Positions 1 through 11,712 of a stretch of DNA of 64,000 bases are shown here, in pieces. The stretch's first letter is position 1, and every line of letters starts with the position of its first letter. This DNA is from a virus. The DNA is taken from positions 60,827 to 124,826 of IMG/VR virus record IMGVR_UViG_3300022748_000015; one strand, written 5' to 3'. Both the position numbers and the translations under genes were made by a program. The notes below the pieces were generated by a model that searched no databases, was not told where the DNA came from, and saw only the letters and a list, made by a program, of their open reading frames with translations.

Positions 1-1814
1 GGGCCACACGTCACCCCTGCGGTAGTGGTAGTGGTTGTAGTAGTAGTTGTAGTGGTAGTTGCTGCTCCTGACATTGTTATTCCGGCTGAATTTGATGCCA
101 GAGTTGCAAATGAAGAGCTTAATGCTGAGACAGACAAGCTATATGAATTGCCAGGAGATACTGCCCAGCTTACGCTTGTTCCACCATATCCAGATGATGA
201 GTCTATAGTAACTCCCCCGGAACTCAAGGTGTATGAGTATAGTGCTGTTCCAGATGGTGGATTAGACCAACTACCTGTAAGTGAGGTAGATGAGTTTTCA
301 GTTAGAGTTACTGTAAATGGTGCTGATGCAGGAGTAGTTACACTCGCGGAGTTTGATGCTAGAACTGTAAAAGATGAGCTTTTCGCTGAAACAGTTAGGG
401 TATAGCTTGTTCCTCCGGCTACAGTCCATGAGCCAGAGGTAGCACTCGTAGCATTTCCAGACGCAATAGTCGTGCCTCCAGATGAGAGTACATAGTCATA
501 TATTGCAGTACCAGCTGGAGGATTTGACCAACTTCCACTAACTGATGTAGCAGAGTTAGCGGTTAAACTTACTGAAAATACTCCAGGTGGGTTTGTCGTG
601 GTAGTTGTAGTAGTGGTAGTTGACCCTACTGTCGCTGTTCCAGAGAGAAGTACTACACCGCCAGCTCCAATTGCTTGAACTGTAAACGTATAGCTATGGC
701 CCGAAACTAGTCCAGTAAAGTTATAGAAGTTAGCCGCTGAGTTTGAATAAGATGATCCATTGTAGGACACTCCGCCTGGATCTGTATTATCAACCAACGA
801 GAAACTAAAATAGGATGTCCCCGTTGGGCCCATGGTCCATGTGGTATTTATTTGAGTATCTGAGGCTGCTACTGCTGTCACATTTAGACTACCTACTGTA
901 GTCACGTAGGAACTGGAACCTTGATCACCAACACCGTTTATATTAGTTCCAACTACTGTAGCATAGTAGATACCATCAGCAACTCCAGTAAATGTTGTAC
1001 TAGTATCGGTAGCACCTATTCCAGAGGCGGTATATGCTAGAGCACCAGTATTACCGTTATATAGCTTGACTGCTACTGCTGATAGCGGAGCACCTCCCTC
1101 GTGACCATAGAAATTCCAGGTTACGGATATAGTTCCGGCTGCAGTTACACTTGCATTTACAGCTGGGCCTGCTGGCTTAGAGGTAATTAGCGCTGAGTTT
1201 GACCAATCTGACTGTAAGGATAGTCCGTTAGCATTTCTAACTGCAACTACAAATGAAGTATTGTATCCAGGAATTAGGCTATTTGCGGTTACTGGTGAAG
1301 AAGATCCTTCTCCAACCTTAACTGTTGAGTTTAGGCTTGAGTATACTTCATAAGTAGAAACAGTTTTACCACCAGTAGCTCGAGGAACGAATCCAACAGT
1401 AGCTCCCGGGTTTCCGTAACTTCTATCAGTACCGATATTAGTTGCTGTACCAATAATTGGAGCCTGAGGCACGGTTGTAGCCACTACTGCAGCCGAAGGT
1501 GCTGAAGGAGCTGAATCTCCGTTGGTCCAATAACCAATGGCTTTAATGGTATAAGTATAAGAAACACCACTCTGTAGTCCAGTAATATTGATTGGTGAAG
1601 TAGAGCTTATAGCTGTAAAATTTCCTGGACTAGATGTTGCTTGGTAGTAAAGTGTGGGACCGCTAGTCGGATCTGGAGTAAAACTTATATCAACTGATCC
1701 ATTATTATATTGACGGTTAAGTCCTACGTCTGTAGCAGAGATATTTGTTGGAGCTTTTGGTGGAAGATATGTCCACACATTTGCTGAAGCTCGTCCTCCC
1801 AGGAATGGCTTCAT
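1..1814 (-). CDS. Fibronectin type III repeat virion protein (putative fibre tip/adhesin), truncated by window edge
   Basis: Not in ORF track. Hand translation from ATG 1814 (MKPFLGGRASANVWTYLPPKAPTNISATDVGLNR...) stays open to the window edge, with FN3-like repeats (ITGLQSGVSYTYTIKA, FTGLVSGHSYTFTVQA) and two poly-Thr runs. Confidence 0.8.
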   Translation of the reverse strand, partial: MKPFLGGRASANVWTYLPPKAPTNISATDVGLNRQYNNGSVDISFTPDPTSGPTLYYQATSSPGNFTAISSTSPINITGLQSGVSYTYTIKAIGYWTNGDSAPSAPSAAVVATTVPQAPIIGTATNIGTDRSYGNPGATVGFVPRATGGKTVSTYEVYSSLNSTVKVGEGSSSPVTANSLIPGYNTSFVVAVRNANGLSLQSDWSNSALITSKPAGPAVNASVTAAGTISVTWNFYGHEGGAPLSAVAVKLYNGNTGALAYTASGIGATDTSTTFTGVADGIYYATVVGTNINGVGDQGSSSYVTTVGSLNVTAVAASDTQINTTWTMGPTGTSYFSFSLVDNTDPGGVSYNGSSYSNSAANFYNFTGLVSGHSYTFTVQAIGAGGVVLLSGTATVGSTTTTTTTTTNPPGVFSVSLTANSATSVSGSWSNPPAGTAIYDYVLSSGGTTIASGNATSATSGSWTVAGGTSYTLTVSAKSSSFTVLASNSASVTTPASAPFTVTLTENSSTSLTGSWSNPPSGTALYSYTLSSGGVTIDSSSGYGGTSVSWAVSPGNSYSLSVSALSSSFATLASNSAGITMSGAATTTTTTTTTTTTTAGVTCG

Positions 1815-1816
1815 GA

Positions 1817-3214
1817 CTATGCCATCAAATCGCCAACAGCAATCCAGGAGTTGGTTCCTGGACGCTTGATAAGAGTTGCTGACGCCCAACGGGTGCGAAT
1901 TCTAAGACCAGGAACTCCCTGGATTGTTACGTTTCCATTAGCTGGAGTTAGGGTTACAAAACCAGTTCCAGTACTAATTACTGTAATTTGTGCACCAGTA
2001 GTAAATCCAACGGTTGCCTCATCGGGGACATATAGGTTGGTATCCGAACTACTTGATATCTCTACGATTTGACCATCATCAGATAGCGCAAGTGTATAGC
2101 TAGTGGCTAGCTGATTAAACGAGTAGTGATACGAAACAGGTCCGGTTGGTCCAGTCACTCCAGGCCCTGTAGGTCCTGTTACGGTGGATGCTGGTCCGGT
2201 TGGTCCAGTCACTCCAGGCCCTGTAGGTCCTATTGCTCCTGCAGTTCCTTGAATTCCTTGCACACCCTGAGGTCCGGTTGGCCCCTGCACACCCTGAGAC
2301 CCTGCGGTTCCAGTTGGACCAGTCGCTCCCTGGATTCCTGCACCAGTTGCGCCAGTAGGACCGGTTGGTCCCTTAGTTCCTGTTGGACCAGTAACCGAAG
2401 GTCCAGTTACAGAAGGTCCGGTAGCACCCGTTGGGCCGACTCCACCCTGCGGTCCAGTTGGTCCAGGATTACCCTGCACACCCTGGACACCTTGAGTACC
2501 TTGCGGCCCGGTTACACCGGTGGCACCTTGTATACCAGTTGGGCCAGTTACGGAAATACCTATAGGTCCGGTGGCTCCAGTAGGGCCCACTACATTTGAA
2601 GGAGCACCAGTCGGTCCAGTTGCACCGGTCTCACCCTGAGCACCTGTTGGTCCAGTTGGTCCTTTATCTCCAACATCTCCAGTACGAGCAAAGGTGATGT
2701 AGATACCAGCTGTATTTGAAATTGAAGTAACCGAGCCAGAAACATAGGCAATAGGTACTTCAAAATAGGTGTCATGGTGGTAGTGATTGCCAACTATTGA
2801 ATAGTAGATATAGTTTTCTGGAGCATTTATCTCCGAAATTTTAAAAGTTCCCTTGATGGCAGAAGATGAGTCATCAATAGTTTGTAGGAAGCTTGAGATA
2901 TCTGTATCAGATAGGTCGTACCAAGAAATATACATTTCTGTAGCACTAGTTAATAGATTATTGAAGCTTAGATTACCGTGCCCTGGGTTTTCATCAATAA
3001 CTGATGTTAGGTAGTGGTATTCATATGTTGCTCCACCAAAAGTACCCTGAGGACCTTGCGGTCCAGTCGCACCAGTTGGTCCAGTTACAGTAGAGTCAGC
3101 ACCAATGGGACCTTGATCACCCTGAGGACCAGTTGGTCCCGTAGGACCATGAGCACCAACAATTACCGGCTCCCATTGTCCGGAATCTTGGTTAAATTGC
3201 TTTAATTGGCTCAT
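1817..3214 (-). CDS. Collagen-like (GPT/GIQ) tail fibre protein with conserved C-terminal domain
   Basis: Long Gly-X-Y tracts; C-terminus ...[28 protein letters not shown] shared with 5797-7932 and 19640-22750. Confidence 0.85.
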   Translation of the reverse strand: MSQLKQFNQDSGQWEPVIVGAHGPTGPTGPQGDQGPIGADSTVTGPTGATGPQGPQGTFGGATYEYHYLTSVIDENPGHGNLSFNNLLTSATEMYISWYDLSDTDISSFLQTIDDSSSAIKGTFKISEINAPENYIYYSIVGNHYHHDTYFEVPIAYVSGSVTSISNTAGIYITFARTGDVGDKGPTGPTGAQGETGATGPTGAPSNVVGPTGATGPIGISVTGPTGIQGATGVTGPQGTQGVQGVQGNPGPTGPQGGVGPTGATGPSVTGPSVTGPTGTKGPTGPTGATGAGIQGATGPTGTAGSQGVQGPTGPQGVQGIQGTAGAIGPTGPGVTGPTGPASTVTGPTGPGVTGPTGPVSYHYSFNQLATSYTLALSDDGQIVEISSSSDTNLYVPDEATVGFTTGAQITVISTGTGFVTLTPANGNVTIQGVPGLRIRTRWASATLIKRPGTNSWIAVGDLMA

Positions 3215-3250
3215 AGTACGTCCATGCCTCGTGGGTGAGTAGGGTGCAGT

Positions 3251-3271
3251 CTTCTACTATTTTACCCTATT
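3251..3271 (-). promoter_or_regulatory. Putative late promoter, copy 1 (AATAGGGTAAAATAGTAGAAG)
   Basis: 21-bp exact match to 9878-9898; contains TAAAAT; lies just upstream of a fibre gene. Confidence 0.6.
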
Positions 3272-3539
3272 ATTCGGAAGCCTTAGGGGCCGTCCCCCAG
3301 TGCCCCTCTGGGCATGCTGCATTTGGCAGCTTAGTTTTGAGATTCATCATACAGCCGCATTTACGGCATTGTTTACTGATTTTAAATAGAAATGGGCAGG
3401 TCAAGCATATAGCCATTCTCTGATCAGCTACTTCATCAGATACCCTACCTATGTCATCATTTAGTAGGTCCCATGGTTTTGCTGCTCGCCTAAGTTGTTC
3501 GGGCGTAGGGAGCGGTGGAATCTCAGGTAGTTGGTTCAT
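3270..3539 (-). CDS. Small Cys-rich protein (DUF6171-like)
   Basis: CLTC...CRKCGC...CPEGHW pattern. Confidence 0.55.
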   Translation of the reverse strand: MNQLPEIPPLPTPEQLRRAAKPWDLLNDDIGRVSDEVADQRMAICLTCPFLFKISKQCRKCGCMMNLKTKLPNAACPEGHWGTAPKASE

Positions 3540-3873
3540 TTTCTATAAACTTCCCATCTACATATTTATAGTTGATCTTGGCTTCTGAAGTATCTTCAGT
3601 AACCAGCACAAAAGTAGGTTGAGCTAGCAACATATCGGCCAAAAAATCCTGAGCTCTCATGACGTCAAATACTTGACCATCAATAACTAGAGCTATTGTA
3701 TGGATAGTTGCATTCTCTGGCTCACTATTATGGGTATGGCTCTTGTCGTGACTATGACTATTACCACTATCGTGACTGTGATTACTGGATAGCGAGTTCT
3801 TTATCTTCGTAAAAATAGATACTGAAGGCATTCCTGCCTCTGATGGTTTAGGTATTTTGTGCCTTGGCTTCAT
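3523..3873 (-). CDS. Hypothetical protein with His/Ser-rich linker; paralog of 4581-4823
   Basis: IALVIDGQV...LAQPTFV resembles IAVLIDNVV...LANPTFV. Confidence 0.6.
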   Translation of the reverse strand: MKPRHKIPKPSEAGMPSVSIFTKIKNSLSSNHSHDSGNSHSHDKSHTHNSEPENATIHTIALVIDGQVFDVMRAQDFLADMLLAQPTFVLVTEDTSEAKINYKYVDGKFIENEPTT

Positions 3874-4562
3874 TAGTTATATTCCTTGCGGTGCCACATT
3901 GTCTTTTTATAGTTAAAGTCAGCCATACGAGCCAACATTCCTCGGTAGTCAGCTTTCTTTTTAATATTTTCAGCCTTATCTACCATTACCCAGGATTCAC
4001 GTTTAATTGGTATTAGCTGAGCTATTGGCGTACCTTCAGGAATTACTCCTTCAAAGTCTTCCTTTATAAAGAAGGGGATATTTCCAGCAGCAAAAAATTC
4101 ATCGGAGTCCATTATTGCTGAAACGGTGTGAAATGGGAGCTCGTGTCGGTTTAGTGGATGAGTAACTAAGAGACTAAACCCTTTAGGAGTTTTTATTCCC
4201 CAGAAACCGGAGAATGCCAGATGATTTGGAGCAAATCCAGGGGGTCGAGGTATAGTTGCACCTAACTCCTTAGGACGCTCGTGAATAATCTCGCCTACTG
4301 GTGTTTTAGCATAAGAAAAATTAATTTCTCCAGAGTCGGACCTAGACACCTCTACATCAAAAGGAAATCTTAATACATACCCGCTCATCATGGAGTCAAC
4401 AAATGGCATGCATTTCTTTAAACCAGCTGATTCTTCTTGATGCCCATCGCTAGTAAAGGTGCTTTCAGCATCTTTATACCAGGCGGGTATGGTCATTTTT
4501 GTGGGTACTGGTTTCCCGTAAGCTTCTTTGGCTTTATCAGTGAAGAATTTAATAAACTTCAT
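3873..4562 (-). CDS. Hypothetical protein, dUTPase-fold-like; paralog of 13843-14574
   Basis: PAWYK..KKCMPFVD..GY and PFFIKE..G.IP.GTPIAQLIPIKRE shared with 13843-14574. Confidence 0.6.
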   Translation of the reverse strand: MKFIKFFTDKAKEAYGKPVPTKMTIPAWYKDAESTFTSDGHQEESAGLKKCMPFVDSMMSGYVLRFPFDVEVSRSDSGEINFSYAKTPVGEIIHERPKELGATIPRPPGFAPNHLAFSGFWGIKTPKGFSLLVTHPLNRHELPFHTVSAIMDSDEFFAAGNIPFFIKEDFEGVIPEGTPIAQLIPIKRESWVMVDKAENIKKKADYRGMLARMADFNYKKTMWHRKEYN

Positions 4563-4580
4563 AGATAAATAATACTACAA

Positions 4581-4823
4581 TTATGCAGAAAATGTTCCGG
4601 TCTGAGGGTCATAGGTGTAGCCTACCTGAGCATCTCCCATGGCAACCTGAACAAATGTTGGGTTAGCTAGGAATACCGAGGCATTCTTACCATTAGTCTG
4701 TAGCATTTGATACACAACGTTGTCAATTAGAACAGCAATGTGAAATTGGTTCTCTCCAGGGGTAGCTTCTACTGGAGGAGCTGGACGCTCCAGAGCTGGA
4801 ACTACTGGCAGTTGATCTGACAT
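4581..4823 (-). CDS. Hypothetical protein; paralog of 3523-3873
   Basis: ORF in operon context; shared motif. Confidence 0.6.
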   Translation of the reverse strand: MSDQLPVVPALERPAPPVEATPGENQFHIAVLIDNVVYQMLQTNGKNASVFLANPTFVQVAMGDAQVGYTYDPQTGTFSA

Positions 4824-4831
4824 TTTCTTCC

Positions 4832-5797
4832 TTAGTTTCTATCTATAGTTATTTTACTAATATTTGTAGTTTGGTTGTACGAGCTTGGAGCAATAGCTAA
4901 TCCGAACTTAGTTGATTTTACAGAACCGGTAGCTGTATAGGTCATATCAGAACCTATCTGTGAAGTCATATTAGTATCTGAATATGCTTGGATTGTAATA
5001 ACGTCTCCAAAAGTTTTAACTCTAAAAGCAGCCGATATTGCCGCGATCGCCTGGGACCATATCGAACTAACTACTCCTGAGACACTATTTAAAATTTTAA
5101 AATACTGTGGGTAGCAGGTATTACATGAAGTGTAGTAACATGTGCTACAAACAGTTCGATAGCATGTGCTGCAAGAGTACCAAGCACTTGACCAACTATA
5201 GCAGTTGCAGTCATAGGGTGTTGTACTACACACGGTACTGTAATCTGCAGTACATGTTGGTGCTACATAATACCAAGCTACGCAGCCAACTCCGTACACT
5301 CGTACATCGCAACCGTATGCTCCTCCAGAGCAGTAATATGTCCCTGTTGCTCCATAACTACAGCTATAGCTGTAGCATGTTGAACATGTTGTACCACTTG
5401 CATATTGAGGAACACAGGAGCAGTCATATGGTTGGTCTGAACAGCTACAGCTATACCCAACTTGAGAGCAGTTACAGTTTTCTGGTTGGCTAAAGCTTTG
5501 TACTCCCCACCAGTTACCGGAATCTGTGACCCATAGGGCAGCCATGGCCCCCTGACCACCTGCAATTAGTTCTACCTTAGCGTTTTTTACACCCATATCT
5601 ACTACTTGTAGAGGGTAGCTTGATGCAGAGGTAGATGTATTTAGTAGGTTATTTACAATGTTGAATGTTCCACTAAGGATATTCCACTTACTTCCATCAG
5701 TAGCAGCACCTGGTGTAGAGGTTGTATTTGCACGGATAAAAGTATCAACAAACTTCTTACGAAGAGAAGATGATGATGCCGAGATATGTGGTCTCAT
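4832..5797 (-). CDS. Cys-rich virion protein (putative fibre tip)
   Basis: Start placed at ATG 5797, overlapping the upstream TAA (TAATG); 22 Cys in a central ~125-aa tract. Confidence 0.7.
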   Translation of the reverse strand: MRPHISASSSSLRKKFVDTFIRANTTSTPGAATDGSKWNILSGTFNIVNNLLNTSTSASSYPLQVVDMGVKNAKVELIAGGQGAMAALWVTDSGNWWGVQSFSQPENCNCSQVGYSCSCSDQPYDCSCVPQYASGTTCSTCYSYSCSYGATGTYYCSGGAYGCDVRVYGVGCVAWYYVAPTCTADYSTVCSTTPYDCNCYSWSSAWYSCSTCYRTVCSTCYYTSCNTCYPQYFKILNSVSGVVSSIWSQAIAAISAAFRVKTFGDVITIQAYSDTNMTSQIGSDMTYTATGSVKSTKFGLAIAPSSYNQTTNISKITIDRN

Positions 5798-7931
5798 TAC
5801 GCCACCGTATCTCCGAATAGTACCCATGTGTCGGCTGATCTCTTGTAAAGAGTGGCCGATGACCACTGAGCACGAGTATTATTTCCAGGAGTGTAGTTTA
5901 GGGTAACTCCAGAAGCTGCAACAACTGTAACCTGGCCAGCACCTGTCTGCATAAAGGTTATTGATGAGCCTACAGGGATTGATACCGAAGCATTAGTCGG
6001 TACTGTCACTGTAATTGTTGATGCATTATTGAATTCAGTGAAATATAGTGGATCAGTTGCGGCTAAGGTGTAGGTTGTTCCGGTCTGTGCATTCACCGGG
6101 TATGTTAGTGATGCCTTAGATGCTAGATCAGTAACAAGATTAGTTACCTGTGACTCAGCGATAACGAGCGTAGATTGGTCTTTATTTTTCCAAAGACCAG
6201 TAGATGACTCATACTGAAGCAAATCGCCATTAGTTTTTGAAGTAATAAGTATATCGTGCAACTCGTCTAGTTCAAATCCATTCTGAGGGCGAATAAAAAT
6301 TTCACCATTATTTGAGTTTGCACGAGTAACAATACCAATAAATACTAGGTGCGCCGGAGCAACTGGCTTATTTGCTAAACCATAAACAAGAGATCCATTA
6401 ACTCCTAGCCATACAGGATCTCCAGCACTAGCTCCATTAGTATTTAATCCAGCAAGAAGACCTTCAGTAATTACATTTGCTACACCATTAATCGCAACGG
6501 TTGCATCAAGTAGACCCATAGTCTTGCTCGACGTAGCTTCACTTGCATTACTTGCTAGAGAAACAATCATGTTTGTTCCATCAGCAGAACTTACATAGAC
6601 TGGCTGACCCTTATTGATTGCAGCCGCAGCTTTAACCTGGTGGCGAATTGACTCTGAGTAGTTAGCAATCCAAGTCGTGTTGTAGTCGGTACCATCAACC
6701 TTTGCAAGGATCTGCCCGGCAGTTCCGCCTGCAGCAACGCCAGGTCCGGCTGCACCTGTTGCTCCAGTATTTCCAGTTGATCCGGTTGGCCCGGTTACCG
6801 TGCTTGCAGCACCAGTAGGTCCTGTTATGCTAGGACCAGTAGCGCCAATTGGGCCTTGAGACCCTGTAGGGCCAGTAGGGCCATCAGTTCCATTAGTTCC
6901 TGCAGCACCAGTAGGTCCCGTGGCTCCTGGTGTACCATCTGCGCCAACATATCCATTAGCGCCTGCTGGTCCGGTTGGTCCGGGAACAGTAGAAGCAGCT
7001 CCAGTTGGTCCTGTTACGGAAATGCCAGCTGGTCCGGTTGCACCTGTTGGTCCTGCAACTGTTGAATCTGCACCTGTAGCACCTGTTGGGCCAGTCACGG
7101 AAGGACCCGTAGGACCTGAATCACCAGTTGCACCAGTAGGGCCAGTAGCACCAGGAAGTCCTGCATCGCCCGAAGCACCGGTTGGGCCGGTTGGTCCCAT
7201 GCCTTCAATACCGCTAACACTAGTATCAAGCCATAACTGAGAAATATCAGAAGGTGCAGTAGCCTGAGTTATTACACCCTGGTTTCCAGTTGATCCAGTT
7301 GGACCAGTTACAGAAGGTCCGGTTGCACCTGTAGGGCCAGTAGCACCAGTATCCCCCGTAACACCTTGAATGCCTTGAATACCTTGAATGCCTTGTACGC
7401 CCTGATCACCCTGAGCACCTCGAGCGCCAGTAGGTCCAGTTACATTTGAAGGAGCACCAGTTGGTCCAGTTACAGAAGGTCCGGTTGCACCTGTTGGTCC
7501 TGCAACTGTTGAATCTGCACCTGTAGCACCTGTTGGGCCAGTTGGTCCTACATCTCCTCTAGGCCCGATTTGACCAGTTAATCCTTGGATACCTTGGATA
7601 CCTTGGATACCTTGAATCCCCTGTACACCTCGCGATCCGGTCGGGCCGATACGTCCGATAGACCCGGTCTCACCCTGAGCACCAGTTGGTCCAGTTACAC
7701 TAGGACCTGTTGCTCCAGTTGGACCTTGCTCTCCAGTTGATCCCGTAGGGCCGGTTACCGATGGTCCGGTTGGGCCAGGGATACTAGAGGCAGCTCCTGT
7801 AGGACCGGTGGGTCCACCGACTGCTTGAGTCGAGCGGGCTTCCCAGGTGTAGCCATTCCAAACCCATGACGAGCCTTCGAAGCTATAAATATCACCCTGC
7901 GACGGATCTAGTGGAAAAATAAAATCGGTCA

Positions 7932-7932
<1 letters not shown>
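5797..7932 (-). CDS. Collagen-like tail fibre protein with conserved C-terminal domain
   Basis: GPTG/GIQG tracts; C-terminal ..[23 protein letters not shown]. Confidence 0.85.
7031..7542. repeat. 65-bp exact direct repeat (7031-7095 and 7478-7542) within the collagen gene
   Basis: Identical ggtccggttgcacctgttggtcc...gggccagt. Confidence 0.85.
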
Positions 7933-9484
<1,552 letters not shown>

Positions 9485-9485
<1 letters not shown>

Positions 9486-9847
9486 TATCGAGTAACCTCC
9501 GGACGAACGACAAGATTGCCTTGAATAACTTTTGTTACTATCCCCGTAGAGGTTTCTTCTACTTCCAGATCATAAGTGTATTTACCTATTTCTAAGGCTT
9601 CAGTCTGGGATGGGCTAGCTATGATTAATATTGATCCGGCTGTTCCATTGATCTCGATACCACCGTTCTCAGTGGTCAACGTTAGAACTACCGACATAGA
9701 CGAGGTTTTTTCACGAACTTGCATACGAGCTGTATATCCAGTAATGGTTATTGGCTTTTTTGCTGAGTTTTTGACTGCAATTGACCGCAAAAGCGTAGCG
9801 CCTTGATCGACAATAATGTCGTAATAATTTGCGGTAGCACAGTGCAC
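9485..9847 (-). CDS. Virion-associated protein (BppU-like Ig fold?); paralog of 24873-25235
   Basis: [31 protein letters not shown] shared; GTG start with AGAGGA RBS. Confidence 0.6.
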
Positions 9848-9877
9848 GGGGAAATCCTCTGAGAAATTGGCCTATTT

Positions 9878-9898
9878 CTTCTACTATTTTACCCTATT
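9878..9898 (-). promoter_or_regulatory. Putative late promoter, copy 2
   Basis: Identical to 3251-3271; upstream of the fibre operon. Confidence 0.6.
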
Positions 9899-9913
9899 GG
9901 AGCAAGATTGATA

Positions 9914-10600
9914 CTAGTAGATAGGGGTGCCGTTCTTAATACCCTGCTTCCATTCTGCCTGCTGTACAGCCTGCTGTTCACGCACCTTAGTGACCTCCTC
10001 GTCCCACTCCTTGATGCGCTCCTCCGAATACTCGGATTCGGCAAAATCCCAGAATGCTCCGATAGTGTGGCGAGTCCCTGTTAGAACTTCCTTAACCTGG
10101 TGTACATTGTTAATTCCCCCCGGGAATGTAATTAATTGACCCGATTTAGGTTTAATTGTTAAGCTGTGGTCTCTAAAATCGAGTTCTCCACCCTCGTAAT
10201 CATCGTTTACATAGAGTAGGCAAACAAACTTACTTTTCTCCCATGCTGACCAGTTGCCATCCATATCGGTATTATCCGAGTGGAACGGTGCAAAAGCTCC
10301 CTTTTCCCATTTTTGGGCATGGCTAGATACAGACTTAACTGGGCGCTGATGCGCATCTTCTACATACTCTTTAAGTCTTGATGCTAGGTTTCCTAGGTAA
10401 TCCTTAGGCAATCCGTACTTCTCTAAAAGTGGTTCGTCGGGTAGAAGGCTCATCCCGTATGACTCGAAAAATGCCGACATTGTCCACGGTAGTTCAGGAT
10501 CTTCGAAGTAGGATACGAGCTTTTGCTGGTCCTCTACCGGGATGAAGTCGTCGTAGCAGATGATATCTTCCTTTAAGAATCTTTTATTCTCGATGCTCAT
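9914..10600 (-). CDS. 2OG-Fe(II) oxygenase (prolyl 4-hydroxylase-like)
   Basis: HSD...LYVNDDYEGGEL...H..R motifs. Confidence 0.9.
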   Translation of the reverse strand: MSIENKRFLKEDIICYDDFIPVEDQQKLVSYFEDPELPWTMSAFFESYGMSLLPDEPLLEKYGLPKDYLGNLASRLKEYVEDAHQRPVKSVSSHAQKWEKGAFAPFHSDNTDMDGNWSAWEKSKFVCLLYVNDDYEGGELDFRDHSLTIKPKSGQLITFPGGINNVHQVKEVLTGTRHTIGAFWDFAESEYSEERIKEWDEEVTKVREQQAVQQAEWKQGIKNGTPIY

Positions 10601-11060
10601 CGGTTGTCTCTCCTGTATATCCTAAGTTAGAAAGAAATCTTTCGTGGTCAAATCTTTGATTGTCTCTAGAAAATATCTTAGCAAACGTAAAAATTAGTTT
10701 ATTAAAAGTTGGTTCTGGCGTCTCTAATTTAGCCGATTCTAGAGCTTTAGTAACCTCTAGGTAGTCATTTTTTAGGAACGTACATTCTCCGCCACGTGGG
10801 CGTTTAAGTATTTTTTCATGTGTAGTGCCGGTAGGCTCGTATAAAGTCACGGTTAGATATTCTTTCGCAAATCCCCAGTCGGAGTAGGCTGCATATCCTG
10901 TAGCTGCATCCAGGGCATTGTCATAGAAGTAGATAGATCTGACTGGATTCTCGCCATCTCTAGCTACGGTTAGCATGTAGCCAGAAGCCACTTTATCTCT
11001 AACTTCTAACTTAAACTTTTCAACCATATCCAGGTTAACTGGATTTAAATCTCCAGACAT
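10584..11060 (-). CDS. Hypothetical protein
   Basis: 158-aa ORF coupled to neighbours; no recognised motif. Confidence 0.6.
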   Translation of the reverse strand: MSGDLNPVNLDMVEKFKLEVRDKVASGYMLTVARDGENPVRSIYFYDNALDAATGYAAYSDWGFAKEYLTVTLYEPTGTTHEKILKRPRGGECTFLKNDYLEVTKALESAKLETPEPTFNKLIFTFAKIFSRDNQRFDHERFLSNLGYTGETTDEHRE

Positions 11061-11710
11061 CAGCTGTCTTTTCTTAGTAGGAGCTTACTCTTCCAGTGAT
11101 GAGTAATAAGCATTTTTCTACCTTTAGTAATTTCACACGACTGGTGGAGGTAGGGAAGGTTGGATGGAAACATTACTATGCTTCCAGCCTTAGGTTTTAG
11201 CTTAAGGTCTATGGAAGGATCAACGAAATATAACTCTCCGCCTTCATAGTCATCATTCAAATAGACAACGATGGTGTATGCAATATCGTAGTTTTGCTCA
11301 TTCCAGTCAATGTGCGGTCCCATGAACTGGCCTTCAGAGTATTTATTTATGCCAATCTTTGTATTTGGTAGCTTCATGGCTTCTAGCGCATACTCGAGCT
11401 GTTCGGGATCTATTCCGTATTTAAAGGCGTATTCAATAGCGCATATCCCCATGGAAGTGGCTATTGTTCCAAAAATCCCGATGATTGCTTGCTTAGTGGT
11501 GAGGTCTGATTCTTCAGTTAAAAGATCTTTGACCATACTCTTTAAGTCACCATATCGATGTGACCCCTCTGAATTAGCATACCAAGGCAGCCATGGGGTT
11601 AATGCAATACTATTAGTCTTTTCAATGTCATTGACTACTGATTCTATATTTGGAATTGCGTTCTCGAAATATAGGATATTGTTGTAAACCTCTTTATAGG
11701 CAATGCCCAC
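11060..11710 (-). CDS. 2OG-Fe(II) oxygenase (P4H-like)
   Basis: HID...YLNDDYEGGEL...HQ..GRK. Confidence 0.9.
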   Translation of the reverse strand: MGIAYKEVYNNILYFENAIPNIESVVNDIEKTNSIALTPWLPWYANSEGSHRYGDLKSMVKDLLTEESDLTTKQAIIGIFGTIATSMGICAIEYAFKYGIDPEQLEYALEAMKLPNTKIGINKYSEGQFMGPHIDWNEQNYDIAYTIVVYLNDDYEGGELYFVDPSIDLKLKPKAGSIVMFPSNLPYLHQSCEITKGRKMLITHHWKSKLLLRKDS

Positions 11711-11712
11711 AG

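Noticed and set aside
25-405. Plus-strand poly-Val ORF
   Set aside because: Antisense shadow of the poly-Thr/FN3 gene on the minus strand
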